Origin: Patescibacteria group bacterium
Lineage (GTDB): Bacteria > Patescibacteriota > Patescibacteriia > Magasanikbacterales > GWA2-37-8
Assembly (NCBI GenBank): GCA_041661385.1
Contig: JBAZUP010000002.1
Coordinates: 14,670-78,669, forward strand
Length of the DNA stretch: 64,000 nt
Reading direction: 5' to 3'
The notes under the pieces are model-generated. The model was not told the origin of the DNA, searched no databases, and worked only from the letters and a program-made list of their open reading frames with translations. This document shows, one piece after another, positions 20,971 through 30,554 of this stretch (within the stretch, counting starts at the first letter, position 1; every line of letters begins with the position of its first letter). The translations under genes were made by a program, and so were the position numbers.

Positions 20971-21158
20971 AATTTGTATTGTTCGTTAAATTCATGGTTC
21001 GCAACCATTGCTTCGGTGAAGTGTTTGCGTGAGACATGTTCGGATTTCTTGCCGGTATTAAAATGCGATACCGGGCGGTGATAACCCATAACACGAGTCC
21101 ATACTTCACAGCGAGTTCGCTCGGCTGTGACTAATTGTGCTGCAGCTGCGGCTGACAT
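20961..21158 (-). CDS. Stand-alone glycyl-radical C-terminal domain of class III RNR
   Basis: CEVWTRVMGYHRPV...FNTGKKSE matches the NrdD RVxGY glycyl-radical loop. Confidence 0.88.
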   Translation of the reverse strand: MSAAAAAQLVTAERTRCEVWTRVMGYHRPVSHFNTGKKSEHVSRKHFTEAMVANHEFNEQYKLCS

Positions 21159-21197
21159 ATATTTGACAAGCTAAATATAATTATTTAAAAAATGTAG

Positions 21198-23318
21198 TTA
21201 TCGCGAGGAGGATTTGCTTTGGTGACGGGCGCGCCATTCAGCATCAAGGTGCGGTGCGTCGTTGTTAATTCCGAGCTCCGCGTCGCATTTCGGGCACCAG
21301 TCGTATTCTCCAATCAGGTAGCCATGTTTTGGACAAATTGAGAATGTCGGGGTAATGGTGATATAAGGGAGTCGAAAGTTAGTAAGAATTTTTCGAACCA
21401 GAGTGCGGCAAGTTTCTGGTGAGCTAACTTTTTCAGACATGTAGCAGTGTAATACTGTACCACCGGTGTATTTGGTTTGTAAACCGTCTTGCAGGCGGAG
21501 CACTTCGAACATGTCGTCGGAATAGCCAACCGGAACTTGCGATGAATTGGTGTAAAACGGAGCTTCGGGAGTGCCAGCCTGGAGAATTCCGGCAAAGCGT
21601 TTTTGATCTTCTTTGGCAAAACGGTAAGTGGCGCCTTCGGCCGGGGTTGCCTCAAGATTATACAGGTTTTTTGTTTCTTCTTGAAAATCCTGAAGTTTGG
21701 CGCGCATAAAGTCGAGAATCTCACCGGCAAACTCCTGGCCCCAGGCGGTAGTGATATTTTCTTTGTCATCGGTGAAGTTTCGAATCGCTTCATTGATACC
21801 GTTTACGCCGATGGTTGAAAAATGATTCTTCAGATTGCCGAGGTAGCGTTTGGTATAAGGGAAAAGTCCGCCATCAATCCATTTTTGGATTTCTTTACGT
21901 TTTAATTCTAAAGAGGTTTTTCCCAGTTCCATGAGATAAGCAATTCGTTCCAAGAATTTTGCTTTATCTCCTTTGTGCATGTAGCCGATGCGGGCAGCGG
22001 AAATAGTGACCACACCAATTGAACCAGTCATTTCGGCCGAGCCAAAGAGTCCGCCACCGCGTTTGCGTAATTCTTTTAAATCGAGTTGCAAACGGCAACA
22101 CATGGAGCGAACGTCGGCGGGGTTTAAATCTGAATTGATAAAGTTTTGGAAATAAGGAGTGCCGTATTTAGCGGTCATTTCGAAGAGGGGGAGAGTCTTG
22201 GGATCAGTCCAGTCGAAATCTTTGGTGATATTGTAAGTTGGAATCGGGAAGGTGAAGGTGCGGCCTTTGGAATCACCGTTGGTCATGACTTCAACAAAAG
22301 CGAGATTGATTATGTCCATTTCTTTTTGCAATTCTCCAAATTTAAAAGCAAAAGGTTTGCCGCCGAGGAGGAGTCGCTTTTCTTTCAGGTCGGTCGGTAC
22401 CGTCCAGTCGAGAGTGATATTGGTAAAAGGAGTTTGAGTGCCCCAGCGGGATGGAATATTCAGGTTAAAGACAAAAGACTGCATGTTCTGGTAAACGTAT
22501 TCGTAAACCTTTTTTTCAATGTGCTTTTCTTTTGCTGCTTCGTCTTTAAATACCAAACCACTTTCTTCAACATCTTTGCGTAATTCAAGTTCAAATTTTC
22601 TAACAAACGGCGCAAGGTATGTATCGAAACTTGAAAAGGCTTGTGCACCGGCCCATTCATTTTGGAGAGTGCCGAGAAAATTTACCATCTGAGCAACTGC
22701 TGAGGAAAGGTGTTTTGGTGGACCGCTTTCAATTTTGCCTGGAACGCCGTTGAAACCTTCTTCAAGCAGAGCGCGCAAGCTCCAGCCGGCGCAATAGCCA
22801 GAAAACATGTCTAGATCATGAATGTGCACGTCGGCATTGCGGTGCGCGTCACCAACGTACTTCGGATAGATGTGAGAAAGCCAATAATTAGCGGTAACTT
22901 TGCCGGCGGTGTTTAAAATCATGCCACCGAGCGAATATCCTTGGTTAGAATTAGCGTTTACGCGCCAGTCTAGCTGGTTTAAGTATTCAGAAATGGTCTT
23001 TTCTACCTCAACTACAACATTTTTTTCCTGACGGACCTCACTACGTTTCTGGCGGTAAATGATAAACGATTTTGCTACCGCGCTGTAATCATAATTGATG
23101 AGTTTTTGTTCCACAATGTCCTGAGCATCTTCAACGTGTGGTACAGTATCGACATATTTTTTTTCAAGTTCGGCAATTACATCGGCGGCGATGGTCGCGG
23201 CGGCAGCTGTGTCTGGTGTGCCGACGGAATTGAATGCTTTTATAATTGCATTTTCAATTTTCTTCGGATCAAAGTCAATTACGGCGCCGTTGCGTTTTTG
23301 GATCTTGTGAATAGGCAT
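21198..23318 (-). CDS. nrdD: Anaerobic ribonucleoside-triphosphate reductase, lacking its Gly-radical tail
   Basis: ATP-cone (IQKRNG...FD), HIHDL, GYCAG, RSMCCRL, EATPAE, YTGGT, CPKH...CPKC zinc site. Confidence 0.94.
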   Translation of the reverse strand: MPIHKIQKRNGAVIDFDPKKIENAIIKAFNSVGTPDTAAAATIAADVIAELEKKYVDTVPHVEDAQDIVEQKLINYDYSAVAKSFIIYRQKRSEVRQEKNVVVEVEKTISEYLNQLDWRVNANSNQGYSLGGMILNTAGKVTANYWLSHIYPKYVGDAHRNADVHIHDLDMFSGYCAGWSLRALLEEGFNGVPGKIESGPPKHLSSAVAQMVNFLGTLQNEWAGAQAFSSFDTYLAPFVRKFELELRKDVEESGLVFKDEAAKEKHIEKKVYEYVYQNMQSFVFNLNIPSRWGTQTPFTNITLDWTVPTDLKEKRLLLGGKPFAFKFGELQKEMDIINLAFVEVMTNGDSKGRTFTFPIPTYNITKDFDWTDPKTLPLFEMTAKYGTPYFQNFINSDLNPADVRSMCCRLQLDLKELRKRGGGLFGSAEMTGSIGVVTISAARIGYMHKGDKAKFLERIAYLMELGKTSLELKRKEIQKWIDGGLFPYTKRYLGNLKNHFSTIGVNGINEAIRNFTDDKENITTAWGQEFAGEILDFMRAKLQDFQEETKNLYNLEATPAEGATYRFAKEDQKRFAGILQAGTPEAPFYTNSSQVPVGYSDDMFEVLRLQDGLQTKYTGGTVLHCYMSEKVSSPETCRTLVRKILTNFRLPYITITPTFSICPKHGYLIGEYDWCPKCDAELGINNDAPHLDAEWRARHQSKSSSR

Positions 23319-23451
23319 AAATTAGTCCCTCGGGGTTAAAGATGAAGAAAATTTTTGGTAGAGAAATTATACCACTAGCCACTTCTATCTTCAATGGTAA
23401 AAACTGCAAAAAATTATGGCTTACTTAAGCGGAAAAAAACCAAGTAATAAG

Positions 23452-23520
23452 TTATCCACAGTTAGCAAATAAAAAAAACATTTAGTGGTTGAATATTTAT
23501 TCAAACACTACCGGTAGTAT
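23452..23520 (-). promoter_or_regulatory. DnaA box plus putative NrdR boxes upstream of nrdD
   Basis: Perfect TTATCCACA at 23452-23460; acactaccggtagtat (23505-23520) resembles the NrdR palindrome; a weaker half-match lies ~32 bp away at 23473-23488. Confidence 0.5.
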
Positions 23521-23638
23521 TTGAAACCAATACAAATTGGAATGGTGCTGTCAAGATAGTTTTTTTACTAAAAAAGTGCATAACTTTTGGATAAAAAAAT
23601 CCCGTCATTTATAAATGGCGGGATAATATTTTTAAAAT

Positions 23639-24739
23639 TTATTTTCCTTTTCCAACTGCTTCAGAAATATTTTTGAATCCGTCTTCTTGCAAAAGTTTGC
23701 CAAGTCCATCGTTAATTTTTTTAATCGTCATTGGGCCGCCATAAATGAAACCGGTCATAACTTGAACTGCCGAGGCGCCTAGTTTAATCTTGCGGTATGC
23801 ATCTTCGGCGGTAAATATGCCACCCACGCCGATAATCTTCAGCTTTCCCTGGCTTTCGCCATAAATTTGGCTAATTTTAGCATCGCTTTCGGCTTGAAGT
23901 AGTCGGCCAGAGATGCCACCCGGGTGGTCTAATTCAGTATTTTTACTCTTAAAATTAAGTCCGGAGCGGATCTTGAGGAGGTTGGTCGCGATAATGCCGG
24001 TAAGGCCGCTTTTAATACAGGCGGCAACAATACGTCGGATATCTTGCTCTGAACTGTGGGGCCCGATTTTAATAAAAACATCTTTATTAATACCGCGAAG
24101 TTTCATTAAGGTATAAACTTTTTCTAGCAGTTCCTCAATAAAATTTATTTGAGCAAATTGATCATGTTTCGCCACATTCGGGCAACTGACATTTAAAGTG
24201 ATATAGTCGGCGAAAGGATGAAGATGATCTAGGGTTTTTAAATAATCATCGGCAAGGTCGGCAAGTTCAATTCCGGTTGAAGGCGCAATACTGATTCCAT
24301 AAGGAACAGGTCGATTTACCAACAAAGAGATTTTTTCAGAGGTTTTGATGGCTCCGGAATTAGATAAGCCATAATTAACGATTAACCCTTTATCTTTGGG
24401 TATTCGCCACAGGCGTGGGGGCGGATTGCCGGGTTGTTCATTATAAGTAATGGATCCGAGTTCGGCAAAACCAAAACCGAGCATGGGGTAGGCGAGTGGC
24501 GCTTCAATATATTTATCAAAACCGGCTGCGAGTCCGACTGGGCTTTCCAAATTCAAACTTCCAATTTTAGTGTGTAGTTTTTTGTCGGTGTTTGCTAGAT
24601 ATTTATGAAGAAAATTATATAGGGGTTTTTGGCGACTTGCCAAACCTAGGCCGTTTATTACGGCGTGGTGGATTTTTTCTGGGTCGGTAAAACGAAAGAG
24701 GATTGGTCGAATGATGTGTTGATAAGGCATAGCAGACAT
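23639..24739 (-). CDS. pyrD: Dihydroorotate dehydrogenase, quinone-dependent class 2 type
   Basis: DPEKIH N-terminus, GLAAGFDK, QPGNPPPRL, NVSCPN, GGISG, IIGVGGI. Confidence 0.92.
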   Translation of the reverse strand: MSAMPYQHIIRPILFRFTDPEKIHHAVINGLGLASRQKPLYNFLHKYLANTDKKLHTKIGSLNLESPVGLAAGFDKYIEAPLAYPMLGFGFAELGSITYNEQPGNPPPRLWRIPKDKGLIVNYGLSNSGAIKTSEKISLLVNRPVPYGISIAPSTGIELADLADDYLKTLDHLHPFADYITLNVSCPNVAKHDQFAQINFIEELLEKVYTLMKLRGINKDVFIKIGPHSSEQDIRRIVAACIKSGLTGIIATNLLKIRSGLNFKSKNTELDHPGGISGRLLQAESDAKISQIYGESQGKLKIIGVGGIFTAEDAYRKIKLGASAVQVMTGFIYGGPMTIKKINDGLGKLLQEDGFKNISEAVGKGK

Positions 24740-24896
24740 AGAATAGCATTATTTGGGTAATATTCAAAATTAAAAAAACCACCAAATTACTTTGGTAGTT
24801 TTTATTTTTCTCTGAACCGTTCTCATCTATAGATAGTGTGTCTACAAATGAGAGCGAACGGTCCAGAATGGAGTCTGGTCGGTCGGTCTCTTTAAC

Positions 24897-25301
24897 TTAT
24901 GGATCAAGCCTGAAAGGGATAATCCACCTCAACTTTTCCCTCTCGTTTGAGAGGGTGGCGATTTGGGCGTTGGTGAAGAGTGTTCGAATCAGGGTCTTCT
25001 TTTCTTGGTCAGAGGTATTTTCATACCTGCCGAGGTTCGGAATGTGGCAAAAAAGGCCATTTTTTTCGTTCGCTACCCCAATGTCGTATTTGATTTTTGC
25101 CCAGCCATCGTGAAGCAAGCGAGGTTCATCCTTCACAAGAAGGGCAAATAATCGTTCGAGCGCTTCCTTATCGGTGGTTGCCACCATCCTTCTTTCAAAG
25201 GTAAGGAGCACGCCATCACGCTCGAGGTAGTAGATCCTTCTTGGTTGCCATCCTTCTGGGTCATCTAGAACAGCCGCTAAAGTTTCACCGATTTTACACA
25301 T
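24897..25301 (-). CDS. Orphan hypothetical protein
   Basis: GGAGG before ATG 25301; overlaps the stop of the upstream orphan by 8 nt. Confidence 0.65.
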   Translation of the reverse strand: MCKIGETLAAVLDDPEGWQPRRIYYLERDGVLLTFERRMVATTDKEALERLFALLVKDEPRLLHDGWAKIKYDIGVANEKNGLFCHIPNLGRYENTSDQEKKTLIRTLFTNAQIATLSNEREKLRWIIPFRLDP

Positions 25302-25710
25302 AGTGTGTCCTCCAGGGGTTGGAAATGAACCGGCTGTACTTTGGCTCAAGAATTACCATCAGTAGGATATCGTGTGGAGTCTTATCATCTTTATGTTTCA
25401 ACTGCAGGTAAACCTTGTAGAAATAAATTGCGGCCAAATGGGCGCCTGAGAAGTAAGATTGCACCTCACCGGTGTCTGGCAATCGGCAAAGAGTCCTTCT
25501 CCTGTTTACTTCTACGGTGACATGTTCAATTTGGTATTTGCATCCAGCAAGATTCAAATAATAATCAGAGTCACAGATGATCTCATCACCTTTGGCTTTG
25601 AGAATCTCTGTAAAAATATTTCCCGGCATGGTCACGCGGTTGGCGTTTGTTTTTTTCCAGCCGTGCCAAAGTTTTCCCAAAATTTCAAGGAGCCTTTCCT
25701 TGTATTTCAT
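25294..25710 (-). CDS. Orphan hypothetical protein
   Basis: GGAGG before ATG 25710; 138 aa. Confidence 0.65.
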   Translation of the reverse strand: MKYKERLLEILGKLWHGWKKTNANRVTMPGNIFTEILKAKGDEIICDSDYYLNLAGCKYQIEHVTVEVNRRRTLCRLPDTGEVQSYFSGAHLAAIYFYKVYLQLKHKDDKTPHDILLMVILEPKYSRFISNPWRTHYV

Positions 25711-25788
25711 AGCTTCCTCCGAGAGTGGAAATACTTGCTAATCCTCGCATAGAAACCGGCTTTAGTCAATGGTGGGGAAGTTATCCAC

Positions 25789-25817
25789 TTGACGGGTGAA
25801 CAACTGTTCACTATAAT
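25789..25817 (+). promoter_or_regulatory. sigma70 promoter with an SOS-box-like palindrome in the spacer
   Basis: TTGACG-17 nt-TATAAT; spacer holds GTGAACA-AC-TGTTCAC (25796-25811), containing GAAC-N4-GTTC. Confidence 0.85.
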
Positions 25818-25840
25818 ACCTTTTGTCATTAAAACATCTT

Positions 25841-26416
25841 ATGAATTTCCCAAAATATTTTTCATCTCTACTCACGTTCTATCGCAAGCATGGCTACCTG
25901 CCTAGCTTTCGTGAGATGCTCAAACTTACTGGTCTAAAGTCAACCAATGCCATTGCCAAGCATTTCAGCGCTTGGGTTAAAGGTGGTCTTCTGTACAAAG
26001 ATCATAATGGCCGGTTTACTTTGGCAGATTCAATTCTGGGTTTGCCCCTTCTCGGTACGGTAGAGGCCGGTTGGCCATCTGCCGCCGAGGAGGAGTTAGC
26101 AGACACTATGGATCTCGATGAATTTCTTATTCATAATCGTGAAGCCACTTACATGTTAACTGTTTCCGGTGAATCCATGATTGACGCCGGCATTAATCCC
26201 AAAGATTTGGTTTTGGTGGAGCGGGGTCGGGAGCCAAAAGATGGCGATATCGTCATTGCGGAAATTGATTCCGGTTGGACTATGAAATATTTCTATAAAA
26301 AGGGCGGTCAAGTTAGTCTCGAACCAGCCAATAAAAAGTTTAAAACCATTTATCCAAAGAACGAACTTAAAATCGCCGCCGTCGTTACCGCCGTTATTCG
26401 TAAATATCATTCATAA
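25841..26416 (+). CDS. LexA/UmuD-family S24 peptidase with N-terminal wHTH
   Basis: GYLPSFREM HTH, VEAGWP Ala-Gly cleavage site, GESM serine, TMK lysine; likely start ATG 25841. Confidence 0.9.
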   Translation: MNFPKYFSSLLTFYRKHGYLPSFREMLKLTGLKSTNAIAKHFSAWVKGGLLYKDHNGRFTLADSILGLPLLGTVEAGWPSAAEEELADTMDLDEFLIHNREATYMLTVSGESMIDAGINPKDLVLVERGREPKDGDIVIAEIDSGWTMKYFYKKGGQVSLEPANKKFKTIYPKNELKIAAVVTAVIRKYHS

Positions 26417-26575
26417 ATAATAATAATATGATTAAAACATCACCACGAAAAAGATATACTTCCTGCCGCAAGTTTCAGCTTGGGTATGTAGTAAAGGGGT
26501 CACCAAGCTTTTTTCAACGACTCCAAAGACTAAACCGGCATAATTTTTTGACGCGCGTATTAGGTTAGAAAATTT

Positions 26576-27880
26576 ATGCCGCTCTCTATTCATTCCTATC
26601 CGAGGGCTCTTCTTCATATTGATGGGGATGCTTTTTTTGCCTCTTGTGAGCAATCTCGTAATCCGGCCTGGCGCGGTCGGCCGGTTATTTGCGGTAAAGA
26701 ACGCGGCATTGCCGCCTCCATGAGTTATGAGGCAAAAGCCAGGGGAGTAACACGGGCGATGCGGCTCTCGGAAATCTTGCGTCTTTGCCCAGATGCAATA
26801 ATTCTCCCGTCCGACTATGAAACCTATAGTCTGCTTTCCAAAAGGTTTTTTGCGATTGTGCGCCGCTATACTTCGGAGGTAGAAGAAAATGGCATTGATG
26901 AATGTTTTGCTGACATTACCGGTCTGCGCAGTGTTTATCACAGCAGTTATGAAAAAATCGCGCAAGAAATAAAAAAAGCGATTGATGCTGAACTCGGGTT
27001 TACTTTTTCGGTCGGCCTCGCTCCCACCAAGGTGCTCGCCAAAATTGCTTCCAATTATAAAAAGCCATCTGGCTTTACGGCAATTCCGGCCCGTGAAGCG
27101 CATTTATTTTTAAAAAATTTACCCACCCAAAAAATTTGGGGTATTGGGCCGGCAACTTCTGCCCTGCTTAGTAAACTCGGCAAACATACTGCGCTAGATT
27201 TTGCTTCGGCGAATGAACAATGGGTAAAACACAATTTAACTAAACCAATTTATGAAATTTGGCAGGAATTAAATGGCAAACCGGTTTACAATCTGAATTT
27301 AGAAGCCAAATCCGATTACGCCAGTATTCAAAAAACTAAAACCTTTACCCCGTCATCTAATGATCGGAATTTTGTTTTTTCTCAGCTGTCCAAAAATGTT
27401 GAAAACGCGCTTATCAAGGCGCGGCGCTACCATCTTGCGGCGAGCGAAGCCTATATTTTTGTTAAAACTCAGGATTTTAATTATTACGGTGTTGAATTGA
27501 AGTTTTCGCAGGCGACCAGTGTGCCGATGGATATTATAAAGAACGCCGAAGAAGTGTTTGATAAAATTTTTAGCAAACGAAAGCAATACCGCGCGACTGG
27601 AATAATACTCACCAAGCTCGGCGCCGAAAATCGTCAGCCGGATTTGTTTGGTAGTTTTCTAAAAGTAGAAAAGTTTATGAAGATTTATAAAGGAATAGAT
27701 GAACTTTCGGCGCGTTATGGCAAGCATACCCTATTTCTTGGAACTAGTTTTGAAGCGCAAAAGTTTGGCGCGCATCTCGGGCAAAGAGGAGATGAACCTG
27801 AACGTAAAAAACAAATGTTACTCGGTGAAAGCAAACGCCGCCGGCTTGGAATTCCGATGTGGCTTGGGGCGGTGGGTTGA
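26576..27880 (+). CDS. Y-family DNA polymerase (DinB/UmuC type)
   Basis: HIDGDAFFAS, SYEAK, GIDE, TKVLAKIAS, KPSG, IWGIG, QPDLF clamp-binding motif. Confidence 0.93.
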   Translation: MPLSIHSYPRALLHIDGDAFFASCEQSRNPAWRGRPVICGKERGIAASMSYEAKARGVTRAMRLSEILRLCPDAIILPSDYETYSLLSKRFFAIVRRYTSEVEENGIDECFADITGLRSVYHSSYEKIAQEIKKAIDAELGFTFSVGLAPTKVLAKIASNYKKPSGFTAIPAREAHLFLKNLPTQKIWGIGPATSALLSKLGKHTALDFASANEQWVKHNLTKPIYEIWQELNGKPVYNLNLEAKSDYASIQKTKTFTPSSNDRNFVFSQLSKNVENALIKARRYHLAASEAYIFVKTQDFNYYGVELKFSQATSVPMDIIKNAEEVFDKIFSKRKQYRATGIILTKLGAENRQPDLFGSFLKVEKFMKIYKGIDELSARYGKHTLFLGTSFEAQKFGAHLGQRGDEPERKKQMLLGESKRRRLGIPMWLGAVG

Positions 27881-27944
27881 AAGTAACAATCTTTACAAAT
27901 ACTATATATAATGATAGTTTCAAACCACAGGAGGAATTACCGAG

Positions 27945-28214
27945 ATGACAAACGAGCTGTTGAGCAGCGGTGACTTGCAGTTTTTGAAGAAATTGTCGCA
28001 TGGCATGACGCTCAGCGAGTTGTTTGAAAAAAAGGGGATTATTCGTTCGGGCATTCTCATTACTCGTATAATTAGACTCGCAAAACGAGGCTACGTCACC
28101 TTCGGCGAAGGTCGTTTTGCTTGCAGCTCTCCAAGATGTGTCCCAACCATTGCGGGAGAAGGGGAAGTCATTAGGAGTGAGTTCGAGGAGGATCCTTTTT
28201 GGAAAAATCGGTAA
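27945..28214 (+). CDS. Orphan small protein, possible winged-helix fold
   Basis: GGAGG upstream; promoter-like TTTACA...TATAAT; pattern ITRIIRLAKRGYVT. Confidence 0.55.
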   Translation: MTNELLSSGDLQFLKKLSHGMTLSELFEKKGIIRSGILITRIIRLAKRGYVTFGEGRFACSSPRCVPTIAGEGEVIRSEFEEDPFWKNR

Positions 28215-28288
28215 AAATAAACTATGGAGGCTGCATTTCGCAGCCTCCATAGTAGAATCACTTTAAAGAAGTGGTTTTTTTTATTGTG

Positions 28289-29092
28289 TTATTTTAATAA
28301 TAATCCGCCATCTACCACCATCATGGAGCCGGTCATGTATGAAGCGGCGTCGGAAGCGAGGAAAATAGTAGCAGTCGCGATTTCGTCTGGTTCTCCCATG
28401 CGTTTCATCGGCACATCCATCGGCGCAAATGAAGGCGCGTCTGGGTTCTCGGCAGCTTTCGTCGCACCTTGAGACATTTTTTCAACTCCTTCGGTACGTA
28501 TTCCACCCGGAGCAATACAATTTATTCTTATATTATGTTTCGCTGTCTCAAGAGCAAAGTTTTTGGTAAAACCCCATACGCCATGTTTAGAAGCGTCGTA
28601 CGCGGCAAGACCAATTGAACTGGGGTGTAAAGCATCTACTGAAGCAATGTTAACGATTGAACCCGAAATGCCAGTTTTGATCATGAGTTTGGCGGCCTCG
28701 CGTGAACAAAGAAAAGTCCCGCGCAAATTAATTGCCTGAGTTTTTTCCCAAAGAGCCAAATCCATTTCAAGAACCGGTTTTATCGGATAAATTCCGGCGT
28801 TGTTTACCAGAACATCAATTTTTTTAAAAGTTTTTTCAACTGTCTTAAAAAGTTTTATTACTTCTTTTTCTGAACTGATATCGGTTTTAACAAAAAATAC
28901 TTTAGAACCGTAGGTTTTTGTTAGTAATTCAGCTTTTTTCTTTCCGTCTTTATTTACGTCCGCAAGTATAATTGTCGAACCGGCCTCGGCAAATCTTTTT
29001 GCTATTCCATAACCGATTCCCATTGATCCGCCGGTTATAATTACTACCTTATTAGCAAAGTTAAATAATTCAATAAATGTTTTCTTAGTCAT
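28289..29092 (-). CDS. SDR family NAD(P)-dependent oxidoreductase
   Basis: TGGSMGIG, NNAG, YDASK (YxxxK), IAPG. Confidence 0.93.
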   Translation of the reverse strand: MTKKTFIELFNFANKVVIITGGSMGIGYGIAKRFAEAGSTIILADVNKDGKKKAELLTKTYGSKVFFVKTDISSEKEVIKLFKTVEKTFKKIDVLVNNAGIYPIKPVLEMDLALWEKTQAINLRGTFLCSREAAKLMIKTGISGSIVNIASVDALHPSSIGLAAYDASKHGVWGFTKNFALETAKHNIRINCIAPGGIRTEGVEKMSQGATKAAENPDAPSFAPMDVPMKRMGEPDEIATATIFLASDAASYMTGSMMVVDGGLLLK

Positions 29093-29191
29093 AAGTGATT
29101 AGATAAATATATAAATGTTTTCCAGCTGATATTATACTCCTTTGTTATCGGTTTGAAAATGTGCTACCCTTAATAAAGATTGAAACTTGCT

Positions 29192-30514
29192 ATGAAAAGA
29201 TTTATTAGTGCATTTATTATCATAATCTTAATCAGCTCGGTCATTTTAAGCCCGGCGGGTTTTGTGTTCGCGCAATCCAAGACCGACACTCAAATTCAGC
29301 TCGAACAGGAGTTGAAAGAAATTCAGTCACAAATAGATGAATATTCAAAAGTGCTCGCTAAAACCGTAAGCGAAAAAAAGACTCTGCAAAATAAAATAAA
29401 ACAATTACAAACCAAACAAAAAGCTTTGCAGTTACAAATAAAAGAATCAACTTTGAAACTTTATGCCCTGGAAGATAAAATTGTCGTTACTGAAAAGGGG
29501 ATTAAAAAAAATAAGCTGAAAGAAGATGAATTAAATAATGCTGTGGCTTCTGCAATACGGCGGATGAATCAAATTGATAATAATTTTTTGGTCGCCCTAA
29601 TCACGGCTGAAGGGTTTTCATCTTTTCTCAACGAAATACATGGTTATGCGGTGGTTTCGGATGCCTTAGGCAATCTTCGCGCCGAAACAAAGAATCTGAG
29701 AGTTAAATTAGAAGAACAAAATGTTCAATTGGAAGATCAAAAAAATGATACAGTAAACATTTTGCAGATAAAATCCATTCAACAGCAGGGTTTGATTGGC
29801 ACGATCGGCGAACAGAATAATGTCTTGGAAGAAACTAAAGGAAAGGAAAGTGAATATCAAGCAGCGCTTTCAGACACCAAAGCCCGCGCGGCAGAAATCC
29901 GCAACCGTATTTATGAATTATTTGACGTCGGTAAGCAAATTACTTTTGGACAAGCGGTAGAAATTGCTAAATGGGCGGCAGGCATTACCGGTGCGAGGCC
30001 GGCTTTTTTACTTGCTATACTTACTCAAGAATCAAATCTTGGAAAAAATGTAGGAACTTGTAATCGGCTTGGTGATCCGCCGGAAAAAAGTTGGAAGGTA
30101 ATAATGAAGCCTGATCGCGACCAGGAACCTTTTAAAGCAATTACCGCCGAACTTGGACTCGACCCGGATATTACTCCGGTTTCATGTCCGATGCGCGACC
30201 GGAAGGGAAAACAAGTCGGTTGGGGCGGGGCAATGGGTCCGGCGCAGTTTATTCCATCTACTTGGCTGGGTTGGAAAAGTAAGGTTAGTTCATATACCGG
30301 CAAAGCTGTAGCGGATCCGTGGGATATTCGGGATGCGTTTTTAGCTTCGGCATTAAAATTAAAAAGTAACGGAGCAGACGGTACGGATGCCGGTGAGTGG
30401 AAAGCCGCGATGATATATTTTTCCGGTTCGACCAATGTAAAAAATCGTTTCTACGGTGATAATGTAATTGCAACTACCAGGCAATATCTTCAGGACATTG
30501 CAGATCTAAGGTAA
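29192..30514 (+). CDS. Secreted coiled-coil protein with C-terminal lytic transglycosylase domain
   Basis: Signal peptide, long coiled coil, ILTQESNLG catalytic Glu, GAMGPAQFIPSTW. Confidence 0.88.
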   Translation: MKRFISAFIIIILISSVILSPAGFVFAQSKTDTQIQLEQELKEIQSQIDEYSKVLAKTVSEKKTLQNKIKQLQTKQKALQLQIKESTLKLYALEDKIVVTEKGIKKNKLKEDELNNAVASAIRRMNQIDNNFLVALITAEGFSSFLNEIHGYAVVSDALGNLRAETKNLRVKLEEQNVQLEDQKNDTVNILQIKSIQQQGLIGTIGEQNNVLEETKGKESEYQAALSDTKARAAEIRNRIYELFDVGKQITFGQAVEIAKWAAGITGARPAFLLAILTQESNLGKNVGTCNRLGDPPEKSWKVIMKPDRDQEPFKAITAELGLDPDITPVSCPMRDRKGKQVGWGGAMGPAQFIPSTWLGWKSKVSSYTGKAVADPWDIRDAFLASALKLKSNGADGTDAGEWKAAMIYFSGSTNVKNRFYGDNVIATTRQYLQDIADLR

Positions 30515-30554
30515 TAAAAAAACCGCCATTCTAAAAGTTGCGGTTTTTTTATTA

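Noticed and set aside
26432-27103. 223-aa minus-strand ORF and similar long antisense ORFs over clpC, nrdD, infB and groEL
   Set aside because: Shadow frames of well-supported genes with no recognisable motifs.
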